Part shown: positions 39,275-49,365 of the stretch, piece by piece
Position numbering within the stretch: the first letter of the stretch is position 1
How the letters are laid out: the number at the start of each line of letters is the position of its first letter
Origin: an uncultured Gemmatimonadales bacterium
GTDB lineage: Bacteria > Gemmatimonadota > Gemmatimonadetes > Gemmatimonadales > GWC2-71-9
Length of the DNA stretch: 64,000 nucleotides
Reading direction: 5' to 3'
NCBI GenBank assembly: GCA_963697065.1
Contig: CAVOMQ010000003.1
Span: 43,974-107,973, forward strand
Program-made: the position numbers and the translations under genes
Notes under the pieces: model-generated
Told to the model about the DNA's origin: nothing
Database searches by the model: none
What the model saw: only the letters and a program-made list of their open reading frames with translations

Positions 39275-39303
39275 TGTAAATCGTTACAGTGAAGCACTTT
39301 ACA
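39275..39303. promoter_or_regulatory. AT-rich nested palindrome upstream of iscS
   Basis: TGTAAA-N17-TTTACA containing TGTAA-N4-TTACA and AGTG-aag-CACT. Confidence 0.4.
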
Positions 39304-39386
39304 CCGGCGTGCCGACGGCGCATCGTTGCGGGATGATCGTTGCCGTCGAGTCGCCGCGCGCCCCGGTGATGGGTAGATTTGGGCCC

Positions 39387-40556
39387 ATGGACGCGATCTA
39401 TCTCGACAATGCCGCGACGACCCCCGTCCGGGGTGACGTCCTCGAAGCGATGCTGCCGTTCTTCAACGCCTCCTGGGGAAACCCCTCGTCGGCCCACCGG
39501 TTCGGGCGAGCCGCCCGGGCGGGGATGGAACAGGCCAAGCGCGAGGTGGCCGAGGCGCTGGGGGTCGAGCCCAACCAGGTGATCTTCACCTCGGGCGGCA
39601 CCGAGGCCGACAACCTGGCGGTGATCGGTGCGGCACTCGCCGCCCGGAATCACGGCCGGCCGATGCACGTCGTGACCACCGCCATCGAGCACAAGGCGGT
39701 GCTCGCCGCGGCGCATGCCGTGGTGGAACTCGGTGGCGAAGAGACGATCCTCCCGGTCGGACCGGACGGAGTGGTCGATCTCGACGCCCTCGACGCCGCG
39801 CTTGCGACCCACCCCGCGCTGGTATCGGTGATGTGGGTCAACAACGAGGTCGGTGTCGTCCAGCCGGTGGTCGACATCGGCGCCCGCTGCGCCGCCGCCG
39901 GGGTGCCGTTCCACAGCGACGCCGTGCAGGCATTCGGCAAGGTGCCGATCGACCTCGCCGCCGCCCGGTGTCAGTTGCTGTCCATCAGCGGCCACAAGCT
40001 CGGCGCCCCCAAGGGAATCGGCGCCCTCATCGTGCGCGACCGCACCATCATCGAAGCGATCATCCATGGCGGCGGGCAACAGTTCGGCATCCGTCCCGGC
40101 ACCGAGAACGTCGCCGGCGCGGTGGCCCTTGGCCGCGCGGCGAAACTTGCCCGCGCCGAACTGGAGCGCGAGGCGAATCGATTGGGACGGTTGCGGGACG
40201 ATCTTGCGAGCCGGCTCACCGCGGGTGTGCCCGACGCGGTGGTCCATGGCGCCGCCGCCGAACGCGCGCCGCACGTGCTGTCGCTGGGGATTCCCGGCGC
40301 CGAAGCGGAAGCGCTGCTGATGCACCTCGACCTGGCGGGTGTGGCGTGTTCGGGGGGATCGGCCTGCTCGACCGGTTCGGTCGAACCGTCGCACGTGCTG
40401 GTGGCGATGGGCGTGGCACCCTCGGTGTCCACCAGCACGCTGCGTTTTTCCCTCGGGCACGACACCACGCCAGCCCACATCGACCGCGTCGTCGAGCTCT
40501 TCCCCGGCATCGTCGCCAGGGTGCGCGAATTGCACCGGAGTCTCGGGCGTGCCTGA
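39387..40556 (+). CDS. iscS: Cysteine desulfurase (IscS/NifS type)
   Basis: [40 protein letters not shown]. Confidence 0.9.
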   Translation: MDAIYLDNAATTPVRGDVLEAMLPFFNASWGNPSSAHRFGRAARAGMEQAKREVAEALGVEPNQVIFTSGGTEADNLAVIGAALAARNHGRPMHVVTTAIEHKAVLAAAHAVVELGGEETILPVGPDGVVDLDALDAALATHPALVSVMWVNNEVGVVQPVVDIGARCAAAGVPFHSDAVQAFGKVPIDLAAARCQLLSISGHKLGAPKGIGALIVRDRTIIEAIIHGGGQQFGIRPGTENVAGAVALGRAAKLARAELEREANRLGRLRDDLASRLTAGVPDAVVHGAAAERAPHVLSLGIPGAEAEALLMHLDLAGVACSGGSACSTGSVEPSHVLVAMGVAPSVSTSTLRFSLGHDTTPAHIDRVVELFPGIVARVRELHRSLGRA

Positions 40557-41628
40557 AGCGGGGCGGTCCCGGATTCTGGTGGCGATGAGCGGTGGTGTCG
40601 ACTCGTCGCTGGCCGCGGCGTTGCTGGTGGAACAGGGGCACGACGTGATCGGGGCGACGATGAAACTGTTCTGCTACGGCGACAACGTCCCCGACCGGCC
40701 GTGCTGTTCGCTCGATTCGATCGCCGATGCGCGCGCCGTGGCCCATCGCCTCGGCATCCCGCATTACGTGCTCAACTTCGAGGATCGCTTCTCCGACCGG
40801 GTGATCGACAACTTCGTCGACGAATACGCGCATGGACGCACGCCGATTCCCTGTGTGCGCTGCAACTCGTTCACCAAGTTCCGCGACCTGCTTGCCCACG
40901 CCGACGCGCTGGGATGCGACGGGATTGCCACCGGCCACTACGCCAACGCCCGCGACGGCGCCCTCTACCGCGGCAACGACCGCGGCAAGGACCAGAGCTA
41001 CTTCCTCTGGGGCATCGACCGCGGTGTCGTCGGGCGGATGTGGACACCGGTGGGGGGACTGACCAAGGCGGAAACGCGCCGCCGGGCCCGGGCCCTGGGG
41101 CTCGAGACCGCCGACAAGCCGGAGAGCGTCGAGATCTGTTTCGTGCCCGACGACGACTACGTCGGCGTGCTTGAACAGCGCCTTCCCGCCGACGCGCCGG
41201 CGCTCACCCCCGGTCCGCTGGTCACGACCGCCGGCGACGTGATCGGTGAACACCACGGCTTTGCCCGCTACACGCTGGGTCAGCGCCGCGGACTCCCCGG
41301 CGGACGTTCGCTGCCGCTCTATGTCGTGGCGATCCGCCCCGACACGCGCGAAGTCGTCGTGGGGGGCGAAGACGAGCTGTTGGGCCACGGGGCGACGCTG
41401 GCGGAGTGCAATTGGCTCGCCGAGCCGCTCGCGCCGGGCGAACGATGCTTCGCGCAGCTCCGCTATCGCGCCAGGGCGGTGCCGGCCGTCGTCCGCGAAA
41501 CCAGCGGCGATCGGGTCGTGCTCGAGCTGCACGAGCCGGTGCGCGCCATCACGCCGGGCCAGTCGGGCGTTCTCTATTCGGCGGCCGACCAGGTGCTGGG
41601 TGGCGGCGTGATCGAGGCGGCGGCGTGA
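40549..41628 (+). CDS. mnmA: tRNA 2-thiouridylase MnmA
   Basis: [41 protein letters not shown]. Confidence 0.93.
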   Translation: MPEAGRSRILVAMSGGVDSSLAAALLVEQGHDVIGATMKLFCYGDNVPDRPCCSLDSIADARAVAHRLGIPHYVLNFEDRFSDRVIDNFVDEYAHGRTPIPCVRCNSFTKFRDLLAHADALGCDGIATGHYANARDGALYRGNDRGKDQSYFLWGIDRGVVGRMWTPVGGLTKAETRRRARALGLETADKPESVEICFVPDDDYVGVLEQRLPADAPALTPGPLVTTAGDVIGEHHGFARYTLGQRRGLPGGRSLPLYVVAIRPDTREVVVGGEDELLGHGATLAECNWLAEPLAPGERCFAQLRYRARAVPAVVRETSGDRVVLELHEPVRAITPGQSGVLYSAADQVLGGGVIEAAA

Positions 41629-43763
41629 ACCCGACCGCGGCCGCCGTCGACCTGCACGGCGCCACGGCGCCCGCGACGCCGGCAAGGCCGGCCGACCTGC
41701 GCGACGCATCGCTCTACCTCAATCGCGAGCTGGCGTGGCTCGAGTTCAATCGCCGCGTGCTGCACGAGGCGCTCGACGCGCGGACGCCACTGCTCGAACG
41801 GGTCAAGTTCCTCGGCATCTTCTCGAGCAATCTCGACGAGTTCTTCCAGGTGCGCGTGGCCGGCCTGCGCGAACAGGTGGCGGCGCGCGTGCTGGAACGC
41901 GCCCCCGACCGGATGCCGCCGGGGCAGCAGCTCGCCGCCATCCGCACCACGGTGCGCAGCCTCGTCGACCAGCATTCGCGCTGCCTGATTCACGACGTCC
42001 TGCCGGCGCTCGCCGCCAACGGCATCAAGCTGCACGATCGCTTCGACGCGCTGTCGCCGCTGGAACGGGAGCACCTGACGGAGTATTTCCGGTCGAACGT
42101 CTTTCCGGTGCTGACGCCGCTGGCGGTGGACCCGGCGCATCCGTTCCCGCACATCTCCAACCTGTCGCTGTCGCTGGCGGTGTCGCTCGCCGACGCCGAT
42201 GGACGCACCCACTTTGCCCGCGTCAAGGTGCCGAAGCTGTTGCCGCGGTGGGTACCGCTGACCCGGCCGAACGAGTTTCTCCCGCTCGAATACCTCATCG
42301 GGGCGCACGTCGAGGCGCTCTTCCCCGGCGTGCAGATCCTCGGTTGGCACCTCTTCCGGATCACCCGCAATACCGAGCTCAATCTCGAATTCGGCAGCGG
42401 CAGCAACGACGAAGCGGAAGATCTCCTCGAGCTGATCCAGGAAGAAGTGCGCAACCGGCGCTTCGGCGAGGTGGTGCGGCTCGAGGTGCAGAAGTCGATG
42501 CCGCCGTCGCTGCGGGCGCTGCTGATCGAGGAGTTCAACGCGGCCGACGCCGACGAGGGGCTGCCGCTCACCGACGACGACGTGTTCGAGGTGGCCGGCC
42601 CGCTCGACGCCAGTGACCTGGCCTCGATCGCGGCGATCGATCTGCCGGCGCTGCACGACCCGCCATTCATCCCCGCCACGCCCCGGCGCCTCGCGGAGGA
42701 TCACGACCTCTTCGCCACCATCCGCGAAGGCGACGTGCTGCTCCACCACCCGTACGACTCGTTCCAGACCTCGGTGGAGCGGCTGATCGCCGTCGCCACC
42801 GAAGATCCCGACGTGCTCGCCATCAAGATCACCCTGTACCGCACCGGCGGCGAGATCGCCCGGCTGCTGGCCCTGGCCGCCGAACGCGGCAAGCAGGTGG
42901 CGGTGCTGATCGAACTGCAGGCGCGCTTCGACGAAGAGAACAACATCAGCTGGGCGAAACGCTTCGAAGACATCGGCGTGCACGTCAGCTACGGCGTGTC
43001 AGGACTCAAGACCCACGCCAAGGTGTTGCTGGTGGTGCGCCGCGAAGGGGACGCCATCCGTCGCTACGTGCACGTCGGCACCGGCAACTACAATCCGAAG
43101 ACGGCGCGGTCCTACACCGACTTCGGGCTGATCACCGCCGATCCGGAGATCGGCATGGACCTGAGCGACCTGTTCAACGTGTTGACCGGCTTTGCCGCCC
43201 CGGCCGGTTACCGCAAGCTGCTCGTCGCGCCGCGGTGGATGAAGCTGCGCTTTCTGGAGCTGATCGACCGCGAGGCGATGCACGCCCGCGAAGGGCGGCC
43301 AGCGCACATCATCGCCAAGATGAACGCCCTGGTCGACCAGGACATCATCGAGGCACTGTATCGCGCCTCGGGAGCCGGCGTCCGGATCGACCTGATCATC
43401 CGCGGCATCTGCTGCCTCCGTCCCGAACTGCCGGGGGTGAGCGACAACATCCGCGTCATCTCCATCGTCGGCCGCTTCCTGGAGCACTCCCGGGCGTTCG
43501 TCTTTGCCAACGGCGGCGAAGAGGAAGTGTGGATCTCCTCAGCCGACTGGATGCCGCGCAATCTCGACCGCCGCATCGAGGCGGCGGTGCCGATCCAGGA
43601 CCCGCGCTACCGCGTCGAGATCCACCGGGTGCTGGAATTGATGCTGCACGACAATCGCGAGGCGTGGGACATGCGCGCCGACGGGAGCTTCGTGCAACGC
43701 ACGCCGGCGGCGGATGAACGGGAGCGAGCGACACATCGGATGCTGATCGAGCAGCGGAGATAG
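41625..43763 (+). CDS. ppk1: Polyphosphate kinase 1
   Basis: [55 protein letters not shown]. Confidence 0.95.
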   Translation: MNPTAAAVDLHGATAPATPARPADLRDASLYLNRELAWLEFNRRVLHEALDARTPLLERVKFLGIFSSNLDEFFQVRVAGLREQVAARVLERAPDRMPPGQQLAAIRTTVRSLVDQHSRCLIHDVLPALAANGIKLHDRFDALSPLEREHLTEYFRSNVFPVLTPLAVDPAHPFPHISNLSLSLAVSLADADGRTHFARVKVPKLLPRWVPLTRPNEFLPLEYLIGAHVEALFPGVQILGWHLFRITRNTELNLEFGSGSNDEAEDLLELIQEEVRNRRFGEVVRLEVQKSMPPSLRALLIEEFNAADADEGLPLTDDDVFEVAGPLDASDLASIAAIDLPALHDPPFIPATPRRLAEDHDLFATIREGDVLLHHPYDSFQTSVERLIAVATEDPDVLAIKITLYRTGGEIARLLALAAERGKQVAVLIELQARFDEENNISWAKRFEDIGVHVSYGVSGLKTHAKVLLVVRREGDAIRRYVHVGTGNYNPKTARSYTDFGLITADPEIGMDLSDLFNVLTGFAAPAGYRKLLVAPRWMKLRFLELIDREAMHAREGRPAHIIAKMNALVDQDIIEALYRASGAGVRIDLIIRGICCLRPELPGVSDNIRVISIVGRFLEHSRAFVFANGGEEEVWISSADWMPRNLDRRIEAAVPIQDPRYRVEIHRVLELMLHDNREAWDMRADGSFVQRTPAADERERATHRMLIEQRR

Positions 43764-43769
43764 TACCCC

Positions 43770-43797
43770 GAAGGCGCCCTGGGCTCCGGGCGCCTTC
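43770..43797. terminator. Hairpin between convergent ppk1 and dnaJ
   Basis: GAAGGCGCCC-N8-GGGCGCCTTC perfect 10-bp stem. Confidence 0.65.
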
Positions 43798-43810
43798 GCC
43801 TCACCAACCA

Positions 43811-44902
43811 TCAGGTGGCGGCAGACTTCTCACCGAACGCCTTTTCGATCGCCTCTTTCTGCTCGTCACTGAGCTTCTCCGGGATCCGCACTTTCACCGT
43901 CACCACTTCATCGCCGGCCTGGCCGCTCTTTTCGAGCCCCTGGCCGCGGATGCGGAATTTGCGCCCCGGCTGCGTGCCGGACGGGATCTTGAGCCGCACC
44001 TTGGCACCACGGACCGTGCGCACCTGGATCACCGCACCCAGCAACGCCTGCGAGAGTGAGATCGGGATTTCGCAGAGAATGTCGAGACCGTCGCGGCTGA
44101 AGAAGCGATCGGGCTCCACCTGGAACGTGACCAGCACGTCGCTGGGACGCCCCCCCGCCTTGGCCCGGGGACCTTGCTCCTTGAGGCGCACGCGGGTGCC
44201 GCTGTCGGTGGCCGGAGGGACGGTCACGAGCAGGTGCTTTTCGGCGCGCACTTCGCCGCTGCCGCCGCAGGTGTGACACGGCGTGCCGGGGATCTTGCCG
44301 CGCCCACGGCACACCGGACAGGGGCGGTTCACGGCAAAGCCGCCCTGTCCGAAGGAGATCGTTCCGGTGCCTTTGCACTCCGGACAGGTCGTGAGCGACG
44401 TGCCCGGTTCCGCACCGGTGCCACCGCAGGTGGCACACACGTCGTTCATCGCGAGCGTCACCGGCACCTTGCCACCGGTGGCCGCAGTCCGGAACGGGAC
44501 GCTGACGGTGACCTCGACATGATCTGGCTCGACCTCCTCACCGCCGCCGCGGCGCCGCCCGAAGATCGATGAGAAGATGTCGCCCAGTCCGAACGACCCG
44601 AAGTCGCCGAAATCGACCCCTTCCGCACCGCCCTGGCCGCCGCCGGGCCGTGGCGCGCCGCGCGGGCCGGTGGTGTCGAACGCACCCAGCCGCCGCATGC
44701 GGTCGTACTTGCTGCGCTGCTCCGGGTCCGACAGCACGGTGTTGGCCTCGGAGATCTGCTTGAAGCGCTCCGCCGCCTGCGGATTGTTGGGATTGGCGTC
44801 GGGATGGAACTGCTTGGCCAACTTGCGGTAGGCCTTCTTGATGTCGGCGGCGGTCGCCGACTCGGGAACGCCAAGAACCGAGTAGAAATCCTGGCTGGCC
44901 AC
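43811..44902 (-). CDS. dnaJ: Chaperone DnaJ
   Basis: J-domain HPD, G/F region, four CxxCxGxG repeats. Confidence 0.95.
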   Translation of the reverse strand: MASQDFYSVLGVPESATAADIKKAYRKLAKQFHPDANPNNPQAAERFKQISEANTVLSDPEQRSKYDRMRRLGAFDTTGPRGAPRPGGGQGGAEGVDFGDFGSFGLGDIFSSIFGRRRGGGEEVEPDHVEVTVSVPFRTAATGGKVPVTLAMNDVCATCGGTGAEPGTSLTTCPECKGTGTISFGQGGFAVNRPCPVCRGRGKIPGTPCHTCGGSGEVRAEKHLLVTVPPATDSGTRVRLKEQGPRAKAGGRPSDVLVTFQVEPDRFFSRDGLDILCEIPISLSQALLGAVIQVRTVRGAKVRLKIPSGTQPGRKFRIRGQGLEKSGQAGDEVVTVKVRIPEKLSDEQKEAIEKAFGEKSAAT

Positions 44903-45463
44903 TCAGTTACCCTGGTCGGAATAGACCTGGACGCGCGCCGGCCGGATCACCGCGCCCTTGAACCGGTAGCCGGTCTGGAAGACCGCCTTGACGGTATGGT
45001 CCTGATCCGGCCGTTCGGCGGGGGCCACGGACACCGCCTCATGCTGGGTGGGATCGAACGGTTCGCCCACGGCCGCGATCTGCTCCAGCCCTGCCGCCTG
45101 CAGCTCCTTCCACAGCTTCCGCTGGATCAGCAGGAACGCGCTCTGGAAGGTGTCCGTCGGCTCCGGGTGGCCGGCCGCCAGGCGGTCGATGTCGTCGATC
45201 ACGTCGAGCAGCCGCAACGCCAGCGCCGCGGCTCCCCGGTCGAAGGCCTCGGTCTTCTCGCGGTGGGTGCGCTTGCGATAGTTGTCGTATTCCGCGGCGA
45301 GGCGCAGGAACCGATCCTCGGCGTCGGCCACCGCCTTGGCCGCCTCGGCGGCCGGTATGCTGTCCTCCGGGCGCCAGTCCTCCTCCGGAGGCTGGGGCTC
45401 GGTCATGGGCAGGTCGCGATCGGCGTTTCCGGCAGCGCCTTCCATCGGATCTTCAGCCTTCAC
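44903..45463 (-). CDS. grpE: Nucleotide exchange factor GrpE
   Basis: RLAAEYDNYRKR, FDPTQHEAV, GYRFKGAVIRPARVQV; GTG with AAGGAG RBS. Confidence 0.92.
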   Translation of the reverse strand: MKAEDPMEGAAGNADRDLPMTEPQPPEEDWRPEDSIPAAEAAKAVADAEDRFLRLAAEYDNYRKRTHREKTEAFDRGAAALALRLLDVIDDIDRLAAGHPEPTDTFQSAFLLIQRKLWKELQAAGLEQIAAVGEPFDPTQHEAVSVAPAERPDQDHTVKAVFQTGYRFKGAVIRPARVQVYSDQGN

Positions 45464-45537
45464 GTGGGGGCTCCTTTCCGCATCCGCTGAAAGGAACGCA
45501 ACCCATGTGCCGGAAGGCAATGCCGGAAAGGCAGCCC

Positions 45538-45677
45538 GGAGCCCAGGGCCCAGAGCCCCGCATGTCGGACTCGGCGCGTAGAGTCAACATCACGGCGATG
45601 CGACCAGACGCCACACCGCCGAACGCTGTGCAAGCCGAGTTCCGTGTTCGGGGCCATGGGCTCTGGGCCATGGGCTC
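45538..45677. repeat. REPIN/MITE-like palindromic element, copy 1
   Basis: Left arm GAGCCCCGCA.GTCGGACTCGGC and right arm GCCGAGT...GTGTTCGGGGCCATGGGCTC shared with 51488-51649. Confidence 0.65.
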
Positions 45678-45684
45678 GCTTCTT

Positions 45685-47307
45685 CTAGTACCGCCATCCT
45701 TTCGTATCCGCCCCCGCCGGCGCATGGGCGAGCAGCTGCGCCTCCATCTTCTGGAGAATCTCCGGCATCCGCGGCCCCCAGCAGTGCGGCGCCATCGGCT
45801 GGAAGACGATCTCGCCGGTCCACTTCGGATTCGCCGTGGTGGTGAGGAAATCATCGAGCATGTGGACGCCCATGTTGAGGTAATACGTGTCCATGGCACC
45901 GACGTAGACGTTGATCTTGTCAGCCACCTTCGGCCCCAGCGTCGACCAGTTGGTCTGGAGGATGTTCCGCAGGTCGTAGTGTTGCTTCCAGTAGTCGGCC
46001 ACCTGGTGGTCGATCACACCGGTCACCTTGTTCCAGATCGGCGCCGGGTAGCCGCCCGCTCCGACCGGACTGTACGTCGCCTGCCAGATGTCCCACTGAC
46101 CGCCGGAGCGGCCGCTGTCGCCCACCACCAGCTCGTACCAGTTCTCGTCCTTCATCATCGTGGTGATGTTGCCATCGGGCCGCCGGACGTCGGGGCGTTC
46201 CACCTTCATCCAGCCGTGATCGACCCAATAGGCGTTGCTGTCGCTGTAGATGTTCACGATCTGGTGGTAGCGGAAGTCCACCGCGTCGGGACAGAGCGCC
46301 CAGGTGCCGCCGTAGAAGTCGGGGTAGAAGACCTGCTGGGAGAGCGCGATCCATCCGCCCGTCGATCCGCCGGTGAGGAGCCGCGCCCACGGCTGGCCGA
46401 TCACGCGGAAGCGCTTCTCGACCGCCGGGATCAGCTCCTGCATGATCGCGTCGCCGTACGGGCCGTTGTTGGCCGAGTTGACGCCGTAGGAATCGTCGTA
46501 ATAGGGCGACGGATGCTGGAGCGAGACCATGATCACCCGCGGCGTGCTGTCGGCGAGCCATTGCGCGTTGGCACCGCCGCCCGGCGCGCGCAGCGAGAAG
46601 TGGCCTTCGTCGTAGACGATCGGGTACTTCACGTCGGGGTGTGTGTCATAGCCCTTCGGCAGCAGGACGATGGCGCCGAGGAAGATCGGCTGCCCCCACC
46701 ACTTCGAGAGAATGTCGCTCTTGATCCTGATGTGCTTGACATATTGGTCGTCAGCCGGCTCGGTGATCGGCGGAATCACCTGGTCAGCGACAAGCCGGAT
46801 CGGCGTCGACGACTTGGGATCGAAGGTGATCTGCACCGGCTTGCCATGGATGTTCCCCGGCGAGCTCTTCCAATCCTGTCCTTCCCACTGGTCCATGTGC
46901 AGCCAGACCACATGCCCGTCGGCGCGCGCGAACCGGGTGTAGATGTTGACGAACGGTTCCACCCAGTAGGTGCCGGCGGGGATGTCGCGCAGCGAGCGCG
47001 CCGGGTAGCCGAAGGTCGATGCGTCGATCACGGCCGGAGCGCCGGGCTTGAGTGCCTCGACATTCACGCCGAAGAGCGGCACGCCGTCTTCTCCGGTCTG
47101 GTCGATCGGGGTGCGGCGGGCGTCGTTGACCCGGGTGATCGCCACATACACGCGCCCGGTGATCGGGCCGGCGTGCGCGGACGCGGGGAACGAGATCTCG
47201 AAACGCGGGCCGGTGGCACGCTGGCCCGAGATGGCGGCGATGGGGAGTATGGTGATGATCGCCATGCAGACGGGCTGCGGCCAACGCCGTCGGACAGTCA
47301 GTATCAC
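45685..47307 (-). CDS. Secreted alpha/beta hydrolase (putative esterase family)
   Basis: IVLLPKGYD, NNGPYGDAIMQELIPAVE, LLTGGSTGGW nucleophile elbow; GGAGG RBS with GTG. Confidence 0.8.
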   Translation of the reverse strand: MILTVRRRWPQPVCMAIITILPIAAISGQRATGPRFEISFPASAHAGPITGRVYVAITRVNDARRTPIDQTGEDGVPLFGVNVEALKPGAPAVIDASTFGYPARSLRDIPAGTYWVEPFVNIYTRFARADGHVVWLHMDQWEGQDWKSSPGNIHGKPVQITFDPKSSTPIRLVADQVIPPITEPADDQYVKHIRIKSDILSKWWGQPIFLGAIVLLPKGYDTHPDVKYPIVYDEGHFSLRAPGGGANAQWLADSTPRVIMVSLQHPSPYYDDSYGVNSANNGPYGDAIMQELIPAVEKRFRVIGQPWARLLTGGSTGGWIALSQQVFYPDFYGGTWALCPDAVDFRYHQIVNIYSDSNAYWVDHGWMKVERPDVRRPDGNITTMMKDENWYELVVGDSGRSGGQWDIWQATYSPVGAGGYPAPIWNKVTGVIDHQVADYWKQHYDLRNILQTNWSTLGPKVADKINVYVGAMDTYYLNMGVHMLDDFLTTTANPKWTGEIVFQPMAPHCWGPRMPEILQKMEAQLLAHAPAGADTKGWRY

Positions 47308-47441
47308 GGTTCCTCCTGGAGGACTGAACTATAGCCCGGGCCGGACCAAGCCTGGCGCTCCCTGCCGGCCAATGCCCGACTGACGCCATTCTCGCCCGCG
47401 TCAGATCCTGATCCGAGCGCGCACCACGCGTTCCAATCCGC

Positions 47442-47470
47442 TTGACACTCGTTCGCAACGCGAGTATTAC
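47442..47470 (+). promoter_or_regulatory. sigma70-type promoter TTGACA-N17-TATTAC
   Basis: Both boxes conserved at 51934-51962 while the spacer differs. Confidence 0.65.
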
Positions 47471-47471
47471 C

Positions 47472-48134
47472 TTGTTTGTACACCAGCAGGATCCGGATCC
47501 CCTGACCGCATTGGACATCGATTGCGTTGGCGCACTGCATGGGCGACTGCTCGCCGGATACCCTGAGGCGGGCCCCGAGATCGCGGCTATCGCCTACGGT
47601 CCGCTGGTCGAGTACCTCATCGCCCATCACCCTTGCGTTGACCCCGGCGCGGTTCACGACGCCGTGGCCGACGCGGTCGTTGCCTATCTCGACCGCCCGG
47701 CCCGGGCCAACGGGGTCGGCGGACGCCAGGTCATGGCGCATCTTCAGCTTGCCGCGTGGCGGAACATCCTGAACCATCGGCGCCGGGAAGGTCGGCTCAA
47801 GCGGCGTGAACAGCGTTACGCAGCCGACCTCGGCCGGCGGCGGCGCGATTCGGACCGGCGGGTTGTTGCTCTTCTGGGTTCCGCGGGGAAAGTATTAGAG
47901 GAGGCGATAGATCCGGGCGAGTCCGCGGAAGTGTCAGCGATGGAGCCCGCCGGGTGGAGCACCGAGGAACGGACCGTCTGGGTGCTCTTCCGGGCCGGCG
48001 AACGACGAACTGCGGAGTACGCCGCGGCGCTCGGGATCACGGGTCGGCCCGTGTCAGACCAGCGGGTGATCGTCAAGCGCATCAAGGAGCGGCTCCGGGT
48101 GCGCGTGAAGCGGGGGGGGGGGCGTAGACGATGA
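47472..48134 (+). CDS. ECF sigma-factor-like regulator, copy 1
   Basis: Region-2-like VHDAVADAVVAYL..HLQLAAWRNILNHRRRE and region-4-like ERTVWVLFRAG..EYAAALGI..VKRIKERLR; TGA overlaps the dsbA ATG. Start inferred. Confidence 0.65.
   Translation: MFVHQQDPDPLTALDIDCVGALHGRLLAGYPEAGPEIAAIAYGPLVEYLIAHHPCVDPGAVHDAVADAVVAYLDRPARANGVGGRQVMAHLQLAAWRNILNHRRREGRLKRREQRYAADLGRRRRDSDRRVVALLGSAGKVLEEAIDPGESAEVSAMEPAGWSTEERTVWVLFRAGERRTAEYAAALGITGRPVSDQRVIVKRIKERLRVRVKRGGGRRR
48112..48122 (+). repeat. G11 homopolymer at the 3' end of ECF copy 1
   Basis: Counted directly. Confidence 0.85.
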
Positions 48135-48982
48135 GGTTCAGCAACGGGATTACAAACGGCTTGATGGTTGTCTCGGTCGTCTGCGCCGTCAGTCTGACGG
48201 GTATGCAGGTTTGGGAGCGGTTCGGTCCGGCGGTGCCGCCCACTGGGCCGTCGGCGCTTCGTGGCGCCGACACGGTCCGCATTCCGGATTGGCAACACGA
48301 CACAGTCGGTGGCCATCATCTGGGACTCGCGACAGCTCCTGTTACGATCATCGAGTTCGCGGACCTCGAGTGCCCCGTATGCCGGCAGTTCACTATCGGT
48401 GCTTTGGCATACATACGTGCGAAATACCCAACGGATGTGCAAGTCGTGTTTCGCCATTGGCCACTGAGCTATCATCATTTCGCGTACCCCGCGGCGCGGG
48501 CCGCTGAGTGCGCGGCCGCCCAGGGGCGATTTGATGCATTCCAGCAGTTGGTGCACGCCAAACAGGACTCGCTGGGGCTGAAGGCGTTCGGGGACTTTGC
48601 CCGGGAGGCGGAAGTGCCGGATGCGCGGGCGTTCGCCACGTGCAATGCCCAAACCGGTCCCGTTGCAGCGGTCGAAGCCGATATCAACGTCGCGAAGGCC
48701 GTGGGCGGTCGGGGGACGCCGACCATCGTCATCAACGGCTTGCGGTTAACTGGTGCGCCCGATTCCGCCTCGCTCGGTCGGCTCATCGAATCCGCGTTGA
48801 AGCAAATCCACGTTTCCGGCGGTACCAGCCCCGGGAAGGGGATTTCCCGGACTCGGCTGGAGCTGCCAACTACCGGCACTCTCGATCACCTGGAAACGCC
48901 TGCGGCCGTGGCATCCAACATCTTCACGCCGAACCCGAATCACGCCATCGCAACGCCCGAAGGAACCATACTCAGGAGGTAA
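48131..48982 (+). CDS. DsbA-family oxidoreductase (module 3)
   Basis: GLATAPVTIIEFADLECPVC, FRHWPLSYH, GGRGTPTIVING; N-terminal TM. Confidence 0.85.
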   Translation: MRFSNGITNGLMVVSVVCAVSLTGMQVWERFGPAVPPTGPSALRGADTVRIPDWQHDTVGGHHLGLATAPVTIIEFADLECPVCRQFTIGALAYIRAKYPTDVQVVFRHWPLSYHHFAYPAARAAECAAAQGRFDAFQQLVHAKQDSLGLKAFGDFAREAEVPDARAFATCNAQTGPVAAVEADINVAKAVGGRGTPTIVINGLRLTGAPDSASLGRLIESALKQIHVSGGTSPGKGISRTRLELPTTGTLDHLETPAAVASNIFTPNPNHAIATPEGTILRR

Positions 48983-48984
48983 CT

Positions 48985-49278
48985 GTGTTCAGCAAGCAGA
49001 TGATCGTCACCGGCCTTGCGAGTGTTACCGTCCTTGCCGCCGCGCTGGTGCATCCGCCAACCGCACAAGCAATGTGGCCGTCCTGCGGGCCGGGAGTGTA
49101 CACCATGTGCCTGGACGGGTTGGATCTTCCGGAGTGCTATGACGATCCAATATCGCTATGCCACGACTATCTCCAGCGCAACTACAGCTGCGACGGCAAC
49201 GTGATCGGGGCATACTGCCAGGTAAACGAAGACTGCGATTGGTCCAGCGAGGTGGTATGTTACGTCGAAGCCACCTGA
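48985..49278 (+). CDS. Secreted 8-Cys peptide P3
   Basis: GGAGG RBS with GTG; signal ending PPTAQA; C-x7-C-x8-C-x7-C-x9-C-x8-C-x5-C-x7-C. Confidence 0.75.
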   Translation: MFSKQMIVTGLASVTVLAAALVHPPTAQAMWPSCGPGVYTMCLDGLDLPECYDDPISLCHDYLQRNYSCDGNVIGAYCQVNEDCDWSSEVVCYVEAT

Positions 49279-49365
49279 GCCGCGTGGGACTCGCCAGTGT
49301 GGGGCAACGCAAGAGGAAACCGCAATGGTCCACCCGGCCGCGGATAGCAGCGATGGAGGGTTGGT

